Assembly: GCA_038817485.1 (NCBI GenBank)
Contig: JAWAZL010000002.1
Span: 2,918-66,917 of the forward strand
Direction of reading: 5' to 3'
Origin: Nitrososphaerota archaeon
GTDB lineage: Archaea > Thermoproteota > Nitrososphaeria_A > Caldarchaeales > JAVZCJ01
DNA length: 64,000 bases
Shown here: piece after piece, positions 19,364 through 30,163 of the stretch
How the letters are laid out: the number at the start of each line of letters is the position of its first letter
Position numbering within the stretch: position 1 is the stretch's first letter
Notes under the pieces: generated by a model
Told to the model about the DNA's origin: nothing
The model's database searches: none
Seen by the model: only the letters and a program-made list of their open reading frames with translations
Translations under genes and position numbers: made by a program

Positions 19364-20683
19364 TTATTTAAATAGTTTTTCTTTAATATATTCTTCTAAA
19401 TTTTCTAATTTTATTCTTATTTGTTCTTTCTTTTCTAAATCTCTTAAAGAAATAGTTTTACTTTCCTTTTCTTCAGGACCAGCAATTATTAAATACTTAT
19501 AACCAAGTTTACTATAATGCTCTATTATTGAAGAAATTTTCTTTTTTGATATATCGATTTTTACTCCTATACCTAACTTTCTAATTACTTGTAATACTTT
19601 CAAAAGATAACCAACAGTATCATCACTTATGCTAAAAGCAATTATACTTCCTTTTTTATCATCTTTAGGATAAATTTTTTTACTAATAAAGTACTCTTGT
19701 AATCTAGTTATTCCTATAGCACATCCAACTGCAGGTGTATCTTTTCCACCAAATAAAGAAATAAGTTTGTCATATCTTCCTCCCCCATTTAATGCTAAAG
19801 GAGAATCTGGGACATATTGTTCAAATATCATTCCAGTATAATATTCTAACCCTCTTGCAAAAGCTAAATTTACATGAAATACATTACTCACTCCACTTTC
19901 TATAGCAATGTTAATTATTTCTTCAAGATTCTCCAATTTTTTCAATGCAATGGGCCATGAAGATAATAAATCATATCCTTTTTTGAATACTTCATTAGTT
20001 TCTCCTGAAATATTTAGTAAGAGCTCTATAATTTTTATTAAATCATCTATATTCTCATTTTTCTTCTCTTCTTTTATAAGAGAAAATGCTTGTTCATACT
20101 TTTTTTGATCCATAAGCGATAAAAATCTATCTTGAGTTTCTTCATTTATCTTATATTCTTCCATAATACTTCTTAATATTCCAACATGTCCAATTTTGAA
20201 ATAATGATTTTTAATATTAAGTCTATTAAAAACATCATTAGAAATAATTAAAATTTCTGCATCTGCAATTGGTTTATCACTTCCAATTAATTCAAAACCG
20301 CCATGCCAAAATCTTCTTTTTCTACCCCATTGCGGTTCATCATAACGATAACAATCTGCTATGTATCCTAAACGAATAGGAAGAGGAAAGTTTTTTAATT
20401 TTGTTGCAACTAATCTTGCTACTGGGGCTGTCATTTCAGGTCTTAAAACCATTTTTCTTTTATGTTTATCTTCAAAAACGAACATTCTTTCTCTAATTTC
20501 TTCTCCAGATTTTGCTTCAAACAATTCATAGAATTCAACGGTAGGTGTTTCGATTTCTTCATAACCATATAGGAAAAAACATTTTCTTATTTCTTCTTCT
20601 ATCCATCTTTTAATTTTCATTTCTTCAGGAAGTAAATCATCCATTCCTCTTGGAGTTCCTATATTAGGCATAAAATCCACCAA
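19364..20683 (-). CDS. hisS: Histidyl-tRNA synthetase
   Basis: Class II motifs VLRPEMTAPVAR and YRYDEPQWGRKRRFWHGGFELIG. Length is 439 aa. Confidence 0.85.
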   Translation of the reverse strand: MVDFMPNIGTPRGMDDLLPEEMKIKRWIEEEIRKCFFLYGYEEIETPTVEFYELFEAKSGEEIRERMFVFEDKHKRKMVLRPEMTAPVARLVATKLKNFPLPIRLGYIADCYRYDEPQWGRKRRFWHGGFELIGSDKPIADAEILIISNDVFNRLNIKNHYFKIGHVGILRSIMEEYKINEETQDRFLSLMDQKKYEQAFSLIKEEKKNENIDDLIKIIELLLNISGETNEVFKKGYDLLSSWPIALKKLENLEEIINIAIESGVSNVFHVNLAFARGLEYYTGMIFEQYVPDSPLALNGGGRYDKLISLFGGKDTPAVGCAIGITRLQEYFISKKIYPKDDKKGSIIAFSISDDTVGYLLKVLQVIRKLGIGVKIDISKKKISSIIEHYSKLGYKYLIIAGPEEKESKTISLRDLEKKEQIRIKLENLEEYIKEKLFK

Positions 20684-21521
20684 CTAGAAAAGCTAATAAT
20701 GCTGTAAGCATCCATATTAAAACAATTTTCTTAATCTTTAAAGTATTTTCTTTTGTTGGATTTTTTATAATTTTATAAGAAGAATAAATAAAACCTAAAT
20801 CAGTAATGACTATTAATGGTATATAAAAAAGAGGATAAACTAAATTATAAATTAAAGGAATAAAGCTTAATAATATTGCTATAATAAAGAATAAAACTCC
20901 AATTTTAGCTGCAATTTTATTTCCAAATAATCTAGCAATAGATTTAACATCTTTAATAGCATCTCCTTCAACATCTGCTATACCCTTAATAACTTCTCTA
21001 CCAGTATTTGCAATAAAAGCAGTTATTGAAAATAAAGCTATTCTAAGAGTTATTTCACCATCGCTTATTAATCCTCCATAAAGAAATGGAGCTGCTACAC
21101 ATAAACTAACTATCATATTTCCTATTAAACCAGTTTTCTTTAATTTCCAATTATATAAAAAAGAAGCAATATAAAAAAAACTAGCTATTATTAAACAACT
21201 ATATGATATTAATAATGATGAAAATAAACCAATCATAGTTAAAATAAAAGAAAATAAAATTGCCTCTTTCTCACTTATTATTTTTGATGGTAAAGGTTTA
21301 TTAGGAGCATTTATCGAATCGATTTCTCTATCAAAATAATCATTTAAAACCATTGAACTTGAATTTAATGAATAAGCTGTTAAGCCACCTAAAATAATAT
21401 TTTTTAAAAATAAATTTTTCTTTTGAGAAGCAAGAATTCCAACTATTACTGCAATAATCATTAATAAACCATTTATAGATCGAGTCATTTTAAATAATCC
21501 AATAATTTTTTTTCTTAACAT
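20664..21521 (-). CDS. UbiA-family prenyltransferase, likely digeranylgeranylglyceryl-phosphate synthase
   Basis: The NDYFDREIDSINAPNKPLPS Asp-rich motif is present. It is polytopic, 285 aa. Confidence 0.7.
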   Translation of the reverse strand: MLRKKIIGLFKMTRSINGLLMIIAVIVGILASQKKNLFLKNIILGGLTAYSLNSSSMVLNDYFDREIDSINAPNKPLPSKIISEKEAILFSFILTMIGLFSSLLISYSCLIIASFFYIASFLYNWKLKKTGLIGNMIVSLCVAAPFLYGGLISDGEITLRIALFSITAFIANTGREVIKGIADVEGDAIKDVKSIARLFGNKIAAKIGVLFFIIAILLSFIPLIYNLVYPLFYIPLIVITDLGFIYSSYKIIKNPTKENTLKIKKIVLIWMLTALLAFLVGGFYA

Positions 21522-21748
21522 TTTTCAGGGCCTTCTATATTCTAAATATATTCTAAAACACGTAAATATTTTAATTTAATTATTTAATTATTTATATATA
21601 AAAAAAATAAATATAAAATATTATAAATTAAAAATTAAATATTTTTGTTAAAAAAACAATTAGGGATTAGACTCTACTTTTACTTAAATATTTTTAAGGA
21701 TAATGTTTTTCTTTAAAGAGTTAAAATTTATTTTCATTCTCTATTTTC

Positions 21749-22327
21749 TTATTTATTTCTTAAATCAGCTAAACAAATTCCATAATAAATAACTTCATTT
21801 CTTCTATCAACGACAGATATTATCATTTCTTTCTTCAATCCGCGACAAATTGAAACAAGTTTTTTAAGAGTTGCTATGTCGACATTTTTACCTTCACTAA
21901 GGGGAACTATTAAATATTTTGCAACTCCTTTTTCGAAACTTCCCCTATCAAATACTCTAAATCTTAATTCAGGACTAAAACCTTCTTTTACTACATAACC
22001 TCTTTTCCTAAGATCTCTAAAAACAACATAGCTAATCCATATATCATTATATCTTTCTTTAAAAAATGAAAGAGCCTCTAAAAAATTAAGTTGTCTTCCT
22101 TTTGAATCATATAATAAGAGTTTTTCTTTTTCTAATAAATAAAGAACTTCGCAAGGATGATAAACTATTTTATTTTCTTCTTCTAATTTATATCCATAAC
22201 CTTTAGATAAATAAGCTAAGCTATTATCATTTATTTCACTATATATTTTACCATCTTCTCCAATACGAGCAACAATTACTTGTATAGGTAATTCCACTTC
22301 TTTTTCTTTATTTTTTTCTTCGGTCAT
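21749..22327 (-). CDS. endA: tRNA-intron (splicing) endonuclease
   Basis: C-terminal catalytic domain YVVFRDLRKRGYVVKEGFSPELRFRVFDRG...YLIVPL. Length is 192 aa. Confidence 0.75.
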   Translation of the reverse strand: MTEEKNKEKEVELPIQVIVARIGEDGKIYSEINDNSLAYLSKGYGYKLEEENKIVYHPCEVLYLLEKEKLLLYDSKGRQLNFLEALSFFKERYNDIWISYVVFRDLRKRGYVVKEGFSPELRFRVFDRGSFEKGVAKYLIVPLSEGKNVDIATLKKLVSICRGLKKEMIISVVDRRNEVIYYGICLADLRNK

Positions 22328-22689
22328 TTTTTACACTTTTTATAAAAAATAAGGTATTTTAAATAAATTATTTTGAAGTTTTTATCAATGAATTTATTAT
22401 AAGACTATTTAAGTCTTTCTTAATAATTATATCATTTTATTATTGATTTAAAAATTGATTGTATTATTTAGAACAAGAAGAATTTAATTTTCATAAAGAA
22501 TTTCATTAATTTTACTCAAATAAGGCTTTATATTAACTATAATATTTTGGTTTTTAGCTTTTAAGAAAGCTAAAAATTTTTAAATGATAAAACAAATTTC
22601 ATTAGTGATAAATTTAACAGCTATGTTTTTATAATTCAAATGATGGGCTATTCTATTATATAATTCGTTTTATCTTTTATTAAAGTTTT

Positions 22690-23903
22690 TCCTAAATAAT
22701 TGCTTTTGCCCATTTTCCATATTTTATCCATATTATAGCTATAATTCCTATTAAATTGCTTATTGCTGTAGATGCCCAAATTCCTATGGATCTCATTCCT
22801 AGAATGAATGCTAGAATATAGTTAGGGTTATTCTAAACCCCCAGAGTCTAAGTATTCCGAGTGTTGTTGGAAATAATGTATGCCCAGACCCTCTTCAATA
22901 GATAGGGATACTAAAAAGAGACTGAAGAATGGAAGTGTTGGTAGAAGCGTTTGAAGAAAAATATCGGTCCCCTCTAAAATGTTTTTGTCGTTTGCAAAAA
23001 CATCTACTATACTCCTTCTCATTGGATATGCAATAGCAGCTCCAATCGCAACAAGAATAAATATGAGGAACATTGCTTTTAAAGCAACTTCTCTTGCTCT
23101 TTTTGAATTCCCTGCTCCTAGACTTTACCCATCATTATGGCTGGAGCTGCACTCAACCCCAAAGTGCAGCATCTACAGCATCTATTATTATAAAACCTAT
23201 GGAGAAAGCTGTAGCTGCCACCCCTGAAACTCTATTATTAGCTCATGTATTATCAACTTTTAATAAACTATTGCTCCTTTTTTAACAAGTAATTTCTTCA
23301 TGTTTTCTCATAATATTCTCTTTTTCTTTTTTCAATTTTTTCTTTATTTCCAGGAGAAATAAATGTTAGATTATCTGATGTTATTATAATAAATAAAATT
23401 GAAAATGCAATACCAATCTTGCCCATAATACCCATATTTTTAGTAAATCCTATTTTTAGCTCTGAGTAATTTTCTCTAAGGATATAAGCTAAAGCAATTA
23501 TCGATATTATCTTTCCTATAACATCTGTGAGCATTATACTCAGAACTCCACCTGATAAAAAAGCTAATGTGAAGAAACGTGAAGCTGATAAACTAGCTTC
23601 TTTATAGGCTTTGCTTCCCACATATTGTGAAATAAGACTAAGAATGGCTATAGTTAAAGCATTTGCAATCGCCTGTAAAAGCATAAGAATTGACCACATT
23701 TGTCTTGGAACAGCTATCACTATTTCACTATAATTGCTTAACCAATATGAGTCCGTTACATTGTAGGCTACAATCACAAGCTGATTTACAAGTGGAGGAG
23801 TTCCAAGCCAAAAAAGTGTACGAATAATTGGTCCATTAATAATTTTCTCTCTATACTTACTTATTCCACTTGATTTTAGTGATGTTTTGGAATCTTCAGC
23901 CAT
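22690..23903 (-). pseudogene. MATE-family efflux transporter, disrupted by several frameshifts and stops
   Basis: The N-terminal half is intact (23298..23903, typical MATE TM1-6). The C-terminal half is recoverable only as pieces in all three frames, between 22700 and 23297. Confidence 0.6.
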
Positions 23904-24116
23904 AAAGTTCTTTTGGTCTTAAAAAAGGAAATTTAAAAAGTTTCTCTTTCTCTCAAAATACTTGCTTAAATATTTTTTATGTTTATAGGAAAATTTTTTA
24001 AATTTCTTATTTAAATCTATATAATGTAAGTTAAAATAAAATTGTAAAATCTTTGATAAAATATAAATAGAAAAAATTTAATTAATTTGATAGTCAAAAT
24101 TAAGTGAAAAATAAAA

Positions 24117-24569
24117 ATGGATTTGGAAAATTACTTAAAACAAAATAATGTTTGGTATAGATTTATTTCAAAACCAGAAACTATTCATACAGCTGATGCT
24201 GCTAGAGTTACTGGTATAGAGTTAAAAAGAGTTACAAAAAATTTGGTTTGTAAAACGAATGAAGGTGAATATGTACTTTTAATAATACCAGGTGATAAAA
24301 AAGTTGATTTGAAGAAAGCATCTGAGATATTAAAAGTTAAGAAAGTTTACCTTATGCCATTTGATAAAGCAGAAGAAATTAGCGGATATCCTCCTGGTGG
24401 TACTCCATCTGTTGGACATAAAATTAAAATGAAAGTAATTGTTGACAAATCTATTTTAAATTATGAAACTATTTATTGCGGTGGAGGAAGTAGAGACAAA
24501 CTTCTTGAATTAAGAACAAGCGATATAATAAGATTAAATAATGCTATTATTGCTGAAATCGCATACTAA
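24117..24569 (+). CDS. YbaK/ProX-type aminoacyl-tRNA deacylase domain protein
   Basis: 150 aa. Conserved segments include YPPGGTPSVGH and CGGGS. Confidence 0.6.
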   Translation: MDLENYLKQNNVWYRFISKPETIHTADAARVTGIELKRVTKNLVCKTNEGEYVLLIIPGDKKVDLKKASEILKVKKVYLMPFDKAEEISGYPPGGTPSVGHKIKMKVIVDKSILNYETIYCGGGSRDKLLELRTSDIIRLNNAIIAEIAY

Positions 24570-24577
24570 GTTGGATT

Positions 24578-25855
24578 TTATCTTGCTAAATTTCCTAGAA
24601 TGTCAAAAATCATATCTTTTGGTTCTCCAATAATTTTTATCTTCTTTTTTATTTCAGGATTTTTCTCAATATCTTCAATAAGCGCTTCCGAAATCCAAAA
24701 TTTAGAAAGTTCAAGAGTATTTTTAATTCGAACTATTTTCGCTTTTTTAGGATCTCTTACACCTGCTGCTCTTAAACCAATAGCTATAGCATCTCTATCA
24801 CATGGTAAAAAAATGGGTATTTTACCACTTTCAGGCCAATTACTTGTTAAACAATTAATAAATGTTTTTTCAAAATCAATTTTCTCAAACACTCTTCTAG
24901 TAGTGAGATCAGCCATACCTATCCCTATAGCATTCCCTTCAGTTTTAGAACTTAAGTCAAGTACTACTATTCTTTTAATCCTTGGAGCTTCAGGTTCATA
25001 TTCTCCTGGAACAAAAAATCTACCCGTAACATTCGGGTCCATTCCTACACCACTAATATCTTTTCCTATCTCATCAACTATCAAAAGATCGATATCTTTA
25101 AATGGTATTCTAGGAAGATACTCTTTAGCGATTTTTAAAAGTTTAATTTCCTCTTCTTCAATTTTATCAGGGGGAATGGCTTTAATTATTGCAGTTTCAT
25201 GATATCCATTTTCTACGATTGCTATTCCACATATTATCTTAGCTTTTTCTATTATTTTTCTAGCCATTTTTGGTAAAATCTTATGATAGCCATCAGAAAG
25301 AAAAGAATGAAGAACTTCAGCACCTTTTTGTTTTCCCAAACCAATAACTGCCATTTTCATCAATCCACTTTCAATTATATCCTTGAAATCTGTATGTGGT
25401 TTAATTCTATTTACAATTATTATTCCATCAGCATTATGAGCATATCTATCAATATATATCGGAGTACCATCCTCAAGATAATCAATTATATCAACTTCTA
25501 ATGAAGAAATTATGGGTGCTCCAACACTTTCAGGTGTTATTCCAAGAGTTCTTAAAACTTCAATTTGTCCTTCAGGAGTTGCTCCGCCATGACTGCCCAT
25601 AGCTGGAATAATGAATGGCTGTCCACCATACCTCTTAATTTCACTTACAATAGTAGCAATTATTTCCGCAATATTTGCTATTCCTCTACTGCCAGCTGTT
25701 ATAGCTATTTTACTTCCAGGTTTAATTCTTGAAGAAAAATCTATTTCTTTAAGTTGTTTAATAATTTCATCTTTTATATTTTGGATTTTAACAGAAACAA
25801 GTTCTTGCTCAACTTCAACCATTTTAGGAAAATTAAAATAGCTGAAATTCATCAA
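24578..25855 (-). CDS. LarA-like (DUF2088) lactate-racemase-family protein
   Basis: 425 aa. The N-terminal domain matches LarA with PAMGSHGG. The Gly-rich central part reads GLGKQKGAEVLH. Confidence 0.5.
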   Translation of the reverse strand: MMNFSYFNFPKMVEVEQELVSVKIQNIKDEIIKQLKEIDFSSRIKPGSKIAITAGSRGIANIAEIIATIVSEIKRYGGQPFIIPAMGSHGGATPEGQIEVLRTLGITPESVGAPIISSLEVDIIDYLEDGTPIYIDRYAHNADGIIIVNRIKPHTDFKDIIESGLMKMAVIGLGKQKGAEVLHSFLSDGYHKILPKMARKIIEKAKIICGIAIVENGYHETAIIKAIPPDKIEEEEIKLLKIAKEYLPRIPFKDIDLLIVDEIGKDISGVGMDPNVTGRFFVPGEYEPEAPRIKRIVVLDLSSKTEGNAIGIGMADLTTRRVFEKIDFEKTFINCLTSNWPESGKIPIFLPCDRDAIAIGLRAAGVRDPKKAKIVRIKNTLELSKFWISEALIEDIEKNPEIKKKIKIIGEPKDMIFDILGNLAR

Positions 25856-25898
25856 AATGAATATTCTATTACAAATATATAAAAATTAATAACTTTTA

Positions 25899-27227
25899 TT
25901 GAAAAATACTTATATTTTAAGATTAAGATTATATAAAAATGGTAGATTGTTTATGAAACATTGCAAATATAAATCCATAATAATAGCTGATGATTTTACA
26001 GGCGCGAATGATACTGCAGCCCAATTTTCAAAATTTGGTTTTTCTTCAATCACAATATTAAAATTTGAATCATTAAAAAGATTATTAAAAAAATATGACG
26101 TAATAGCAATAGATACAGAAAGTAGATCGCTTGATCCTGAAACATCTTACGAGATATTATTTAAAATAGGTAGAAGCATAAAAGAAATAAGTATTAGCAA
26201 TAATGTATTAATTTATAAAAAAATAGATTCAACTTTAAGAGGAAACATAATTGAAGAGATTAAAGGTTTGTATGATGCTTTGAATCCTGACGTTATAATA
26301 TTTGCCCCCGCATATCCTAAGCAAGGTCGGATAACAATAAATGGTATTCACATGGTGAATGGTATACCTATAAATCAAACAATTTTTGGAAAAGACTTAA
26401 GAACTCCAGTTAAGTCTTCTAATATTCCATCAATTTTTATGCAAATATTTGATAATAATTATAAGCATATACTCCTAGAAGAATTAAGATCTAATGAATT
26501 ATCTAAAATAATTAATAATTATAAAGTACTATCTTTTGATATAGAAAATGATAATGATATTAAGATTTTAGTTGAAAAATTATTCAAAATAAAAAATAAA
26601 AGAAAAATAATTTGGGTAGGATCTGCAGGATTAGCGGAATATATAGCTTACAATATTATTAAAAGGAAAATTAGACCATTTTTAATAGTTATAGGCTCTC
26701 CTAATGAAATAACTAAAAATCAAGTTAGAAAATTTTTAAATGAACTTGGTGGCTATCTTATTTTAATTAATATTAAAAACCTTATTGAAAATTTTAATAA
26801 TGAATTAAAGAGAGTAGTAAGTGAAATTTCAAAGGCTTTTAATTCTTTATTGGATATAATAATTACAACATCCTATGATGAAAAACAATTTAATGATAGT
26901 AAAGAAATAGCATCTAAAATGAATATTTCGATTAAAGATATTGGAAATGTGATAGCTGAAAAATTTGGAGAGTTAATTTCTTCAATTATTAATAAATTTG
27001 GATTGAAAAGTTTTAAAGGGATTTTTATATCAGGAGGTGATACTTCAATAGCAATAGTAAAACAATTAGGAATAAATAGTATTAGAGTAAAAGGAGAAGT
27101 AGAAGCTGGAATTCCAATTCTTAATTATAAAAAATTTATTATAGTTACGAAAGCAGGTGGGTTTGGTACAGAGGATACTCTTATTAGAGTAATATCAAAA
27201 TTAAAAAGTGAAGCATATGAAAAATAA
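25899..27227 (+). CDS. DUF1537 four-carbon acid-sugar kinase (OtnK/PdxA2-partner family). The true start is probably the internal Met at about 25953.
   Basis: The N-terminal signature is IIADDFTGANDTA. It is paired with the PdxA-like gene downstream. Confidence 0.6.
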   Translation: MKNTYILRLRLYKNGRLFMKHCKYKSIIIADDFTGANDTAAQFSKFGFSSITILKFESLKRLLKKYDVIAIDTESRSLDPETSYEILFKIGRSIKEISISNNVLIYKKIDSTLRGNIIEEIKGLYDALNPDVIIFAPAYPKQGRITINGIHMVNGIPINQTIFGKDLRTPVKSSNIPSIFMQIFDNNYKHILLEELRSNELSKIINNYKVLSFDIENDNDIKILVEKLFKIKNKRKIIWVGSAGLAEYIAYNIIKRKIRPFLIVIGSPNEITKNQVRKFLNELGGYLILINIKNLIENFNNELKRVVSEISKAFNSLLDIIITTSYDEKQFNDSKEIASKMNISIKDIGNVIAEKFGELISSIINKFGLKSFKGIFISGGDTSIAIVKQLGINSIRVKGEVEAGIPILNYKKFIIVTKAGGFGTEDTLIRVISKLKSEAYEK

Positions 27228-28236
27228 TAAACCTTTTATTGGTATAACAATGGGTGATCCTGCTGGTTCAGGTCCTGAATTAGCAATTAAAGCTATTAAA
27301 AGATTAAAAAAGGATATCGAATATAATGCTAAATTATTATTAATAGGGGATTTTAAAGTATTTAAAAAAGCATTGGAAATTGTCGGATCTAATAATTTAA
27401 AATTAATTAGAATAAATCATCCAAGAGATTTTATTGATGATATTAATACCATAAATATAATCGATTTAAATAATGTTGATATAGATAAGTTAGTATATGG
27501 TAAACCTTCTTCTATGGGAGGAAAAGCAGCATATGAAAGTATTATTAAAGCAGTTGAATATGCTATGGGAAAATTTATACACGCTATAGTTACTATGCCA
27601 ATCAGTAAAGAAAGTCTTAATATGGCTGGTTACAATTATCCTGGGCATACTGAAATTTTAGCCGATTTAACAAAAACAAAAGATGTTAGAATGATGCTTC
27701 TTGCTAAAAATTTAAGAGTAGTACATGTTACAACTCACGTTTCTTTAAAAAAAGCTATAGAATTAATAAAAAAAGATAGAATATTTAAAACTATAGAAAT
27801 AACGAATTTCTACCTTAAAAATTATTTTGATATAATAAAACCAAAAATTGCAATTGCTGGATTAAATCCTCATGCAAGTGAGAGTGGATTATTTGGAGAT
27901 GAGGAAGAAAAAGAGATTATTCCAGCAATTAAAGAAGCTAATAAGAAAGGAATAAATGCTCTAGGCCCTTTTCCATCAGATAGTGTATTTTATAGAGCAT
28001 ATAATAATGAATTTGATGCTGTTATAGCAATGTATCATGATCAAGGTCATATACCTATTAAAATGATTGGTTTTATGGAAGGTGTTAATATTACACTTGG
28101 ATTACCAATTATTAGAGTATCCCCAGATCATGGAACTGTATGGGGTAAAGCTGGAAAAGGTACAGCTGATGAGAGTGCAACATTAAATGCTATAAAAATT
28201 GCAATAAAAATAGCATTAAAAAATATAAATAAATAG
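27208..28236 (+). CDS. PdxA-family NAD-dependent 4-hydroxythreonine-4-phosphate dehydrogenase-like enzyme
   Basis: Motifs IGITMGDPAGSGPE, HTE and HDQG. Length is 342 aa. Confidence 0.7.
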   Translation: MKHMKNNKPFIGITMGDPAGSGPELAIKAIKRLKKDIEYNAKLLLIGDFKVFKKALEIVGSNNLKLIRINHPRDFIDDINTINIIDLNNVDIDKLVYGKPSSMGGKAAYESIIKAVEYAMGKFIHAIVTMPISKESLNMAGYNYPGHTEILADLTKTKDVRMMLLAKNLRVVHVTTHVSLKKAIELIKKDRIFKTIEITNFYLKNYFDIIKPKIAIAGLNPHASESGLFGDEEEKEIIPAIKEANKKGINALGPFPSDSVFYRAYNNEFDAVIAMYHDQGHIPIKMIGFMEGVNITLGLPIIRVSPDHGTVWGKAGKGTADESATLNAIKIAIKIALKNINK

Positions 28237-28257
28237 TATAAATAAATCTATCTAATA

Positions 28258-29328
28258 TTATTTCATCGTTAAAATTTTAATAGCTGAAGCTTTAAAAGAT
28301 GCATAAACTTTTTCTCCAGGAAAGAGTTTGAGATCTTCATACGAACCTTTAGTTATTAATGCCTCTATTATAAAACTATTATGTTCAAGTTTTATATTTA
28401 TTAATCCCCCTTTTTCATTAACTTCTTTAATAATACATTCAATAACATTCCTAGCGCTTGTTTTTAAAGATTCTTTAGATAATACTATATCTTCAGGTCT
28501 TAAAATTGCCATAACTTTTGAACCTAATATTGGCTCTTTTTCATAAATGGCTGCTATTTTTAAATCTTCAATTTTTATTATAGCTATTCCTTCTTTTATT
28601 TCAATTATTTCTCCAATAATTATATTTGGTTTTCCATGAAGCCAAGCTACTTCTAAATTTTTTGGATTGCTGAAGATTTCTATAGGTGTACCTGCTTGCA
28701 AAACTTTACCATTAATTATAATTGCTATTTTATTTCCAAGTTCTATTGCTTCCAAAGGATCATGAGTAACATGTATGGCTGTAAATCCCAATTTTTTATG
28801 TAGATAAATTATGAAATCTTTAATTTGATTTTTTGTTTTCGTATCTAAATTACTTAATGGTTCATCTAATAAAATGACTTCTGGATCTATTATTAAAGCT
28901 CTTGCAAGTGCTACTCTTTGTTTCTCTCCTCCACTAAGAGTTAAAGGGTATCTATTTAATAAATCTTTTATTTCCATTACTTCTGCAATTTCCAAAACTT
29001 TTCTATGTATTTCCTTTTTCTCAACTTTCTTTAATTTAAGCCCATACGCTATATTTTCATAAACATTCATATGAGGCCACAAAGCATAATCTTGTGGTAC
29101 ATAAGATATGTTTCTTTTATCTGGAGGAAGATTTGTTACATTTTTCCCATTTATCTTTATTTCTCCTTTAATAGGTGTTCTAAAACCAGCAATAGTTTCA
29201 AGAAGAATTGTTTTTCCAGTACCACTCGGACCCATTAATACTGCGTATTCTCCATTATTAACAACCATTTCCTTAACTTCAATTTTAAAATCTTCAACTT
29301 TCATCATTAGATTAAATATTTCTATCAT
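28258..29328 (-). CDS. ABC transporter ATPase with C-terminal TOBE domain (tungstate/molybdate type)
   Basis: Walker A GPSGTGKT, signature LSGGEKQRVALARAL, Walker B ILLDEPLSNLD, plus a roughly 120-aa C-terminal domain. Confidence 0.8.
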   Translation of the reverse strand: MIEIFNLMMKVEDFKIEVKEMVVNNGEYAVLMGPSGTGKTILLETIAGFRTPIKGEIKINGKNVTNLPPDKRNISYVPQDYALWPHMNVYENIAYGLKLKKVEKKEIHRKVLEIAEVMEIKDLLNRYPLTLSGGEKQRVALARALIIDPEVILLDEPLSNLDTKTKNQIKDFIIYLHKKLGFTAIHVTHDPLEAIELGNKIAIIINGKVLQAGTPIEIFSNPKNLEVAWLHGKPNIIIGEIIEIKEGIAIIKIEDLKIAAIYEKEPILGSKVMAILRPEDIVLSKESLKTSARNVIECIIKEVNEKGGLINIKLEHNSFIIEALITKGSYEDLKLFPGEKVYASFKASAIKILTMK

Positions 29329-29329
29329 T

Positions 29330-30163
29330 TTATCCTCTCCATTTTAATAATCTTAAAATAACTAAAATTATGAAGCTTACTATTAAAAGGAGTATGGATA
29401 AAGATACTGCTAATTTTAATCCTTTAATTGTAAGCCACTCATAAACTAAAACACTTCCAACAATTGGATGATACGAAACGATCATAATTGCTCCAACTTC
29501 ACTTATTGATCTAGCTAAACTCATAAGCCATCCAATAATTATACTTCGAGCTGCTAAAGGCAAAGAGATAGTTATGAATGTTTTAAATGGTCCTGCACCT
29601 AAACTTCTAGCAACTTTCTCTAATGATATATCTATATTTCTAAATCCTTGTTTAGAAAAATTTATAGAGAATGGTGCTGAAACATACATCATTGCTAAAA
29701 CTATTCCCCAAAAACTATCTTCTACTCTAAATCCTATAGATGATAAAAGTGCTCCAATTGGTGCTCTACTATTAAACGTAAGCAATATGGCAATTCCAGC
29801 TACTGTGTGAGGCATAACTAATGGAAGATCCAATAATCCTTCAATAAAACTTTTCCCTTTAAAATTGCTTCTACTAAAAATATATGCAAGAGGAATGCTA
29901 AAAAATGTTGAAATTGTTGCAGCTAACATGCCCGCCTCAATGGATAAAAATATAGAATTTAGCGCCTCTTTATTATTTATAGTTTGAGCTATTCCTTCTA
30001 TGTCTGATGTAGCTAATAAAGATATTATTGGAAGTAATAAAAAAAGTATTATTATACTAGATAATCCAGAAAATATTAATAAGAATTTTTTAGCTTTTTT
30101 AAATGGAGAAAATAATTCTCCTTCATTATTAATGAACATTTTACTCAACTTCTTTTTAACCAC
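29330..30163 (-). CDS. ABC transporter permease (ModB/WtpB-like)
   Basis: 277 aa with six TM helices. The EAA-like loop is ARSLGAGPFKTFITISLPLA. Confidence 0.75.
   Translation of the reverse strand: MVKKKLSKMFINNEGELFSPFKKAKKFLLIFSGLSSIIILFLLLPIISLLATSDIEGIAQTINNKEALNSIFLSIEAGMLAATISTFFSIPLAYIFSRSNFKGKSFIEGLLDLPLVMPHTVAGIAILLTFNSRAPIGALLSSIGFRVEDSFWGIVLAMMYVSAPFSINFSKQGFRNIDISLEKVARSLGAGPFKTFITISLPLAARSIIIGWLMSLARSISEVGAIMIVSYHPIVGSVLVYEWLTIKGLKLAVSLSILLLIVSFIILVILRLLKWRG

Noticed and set aside
22979-23285. Two + strand ORFs (82 and 70 aa) in the GC-rich stretch
   Set aside because: Antisense to the MATE pseudogene. GC-rich DNA lacks stops by chance.
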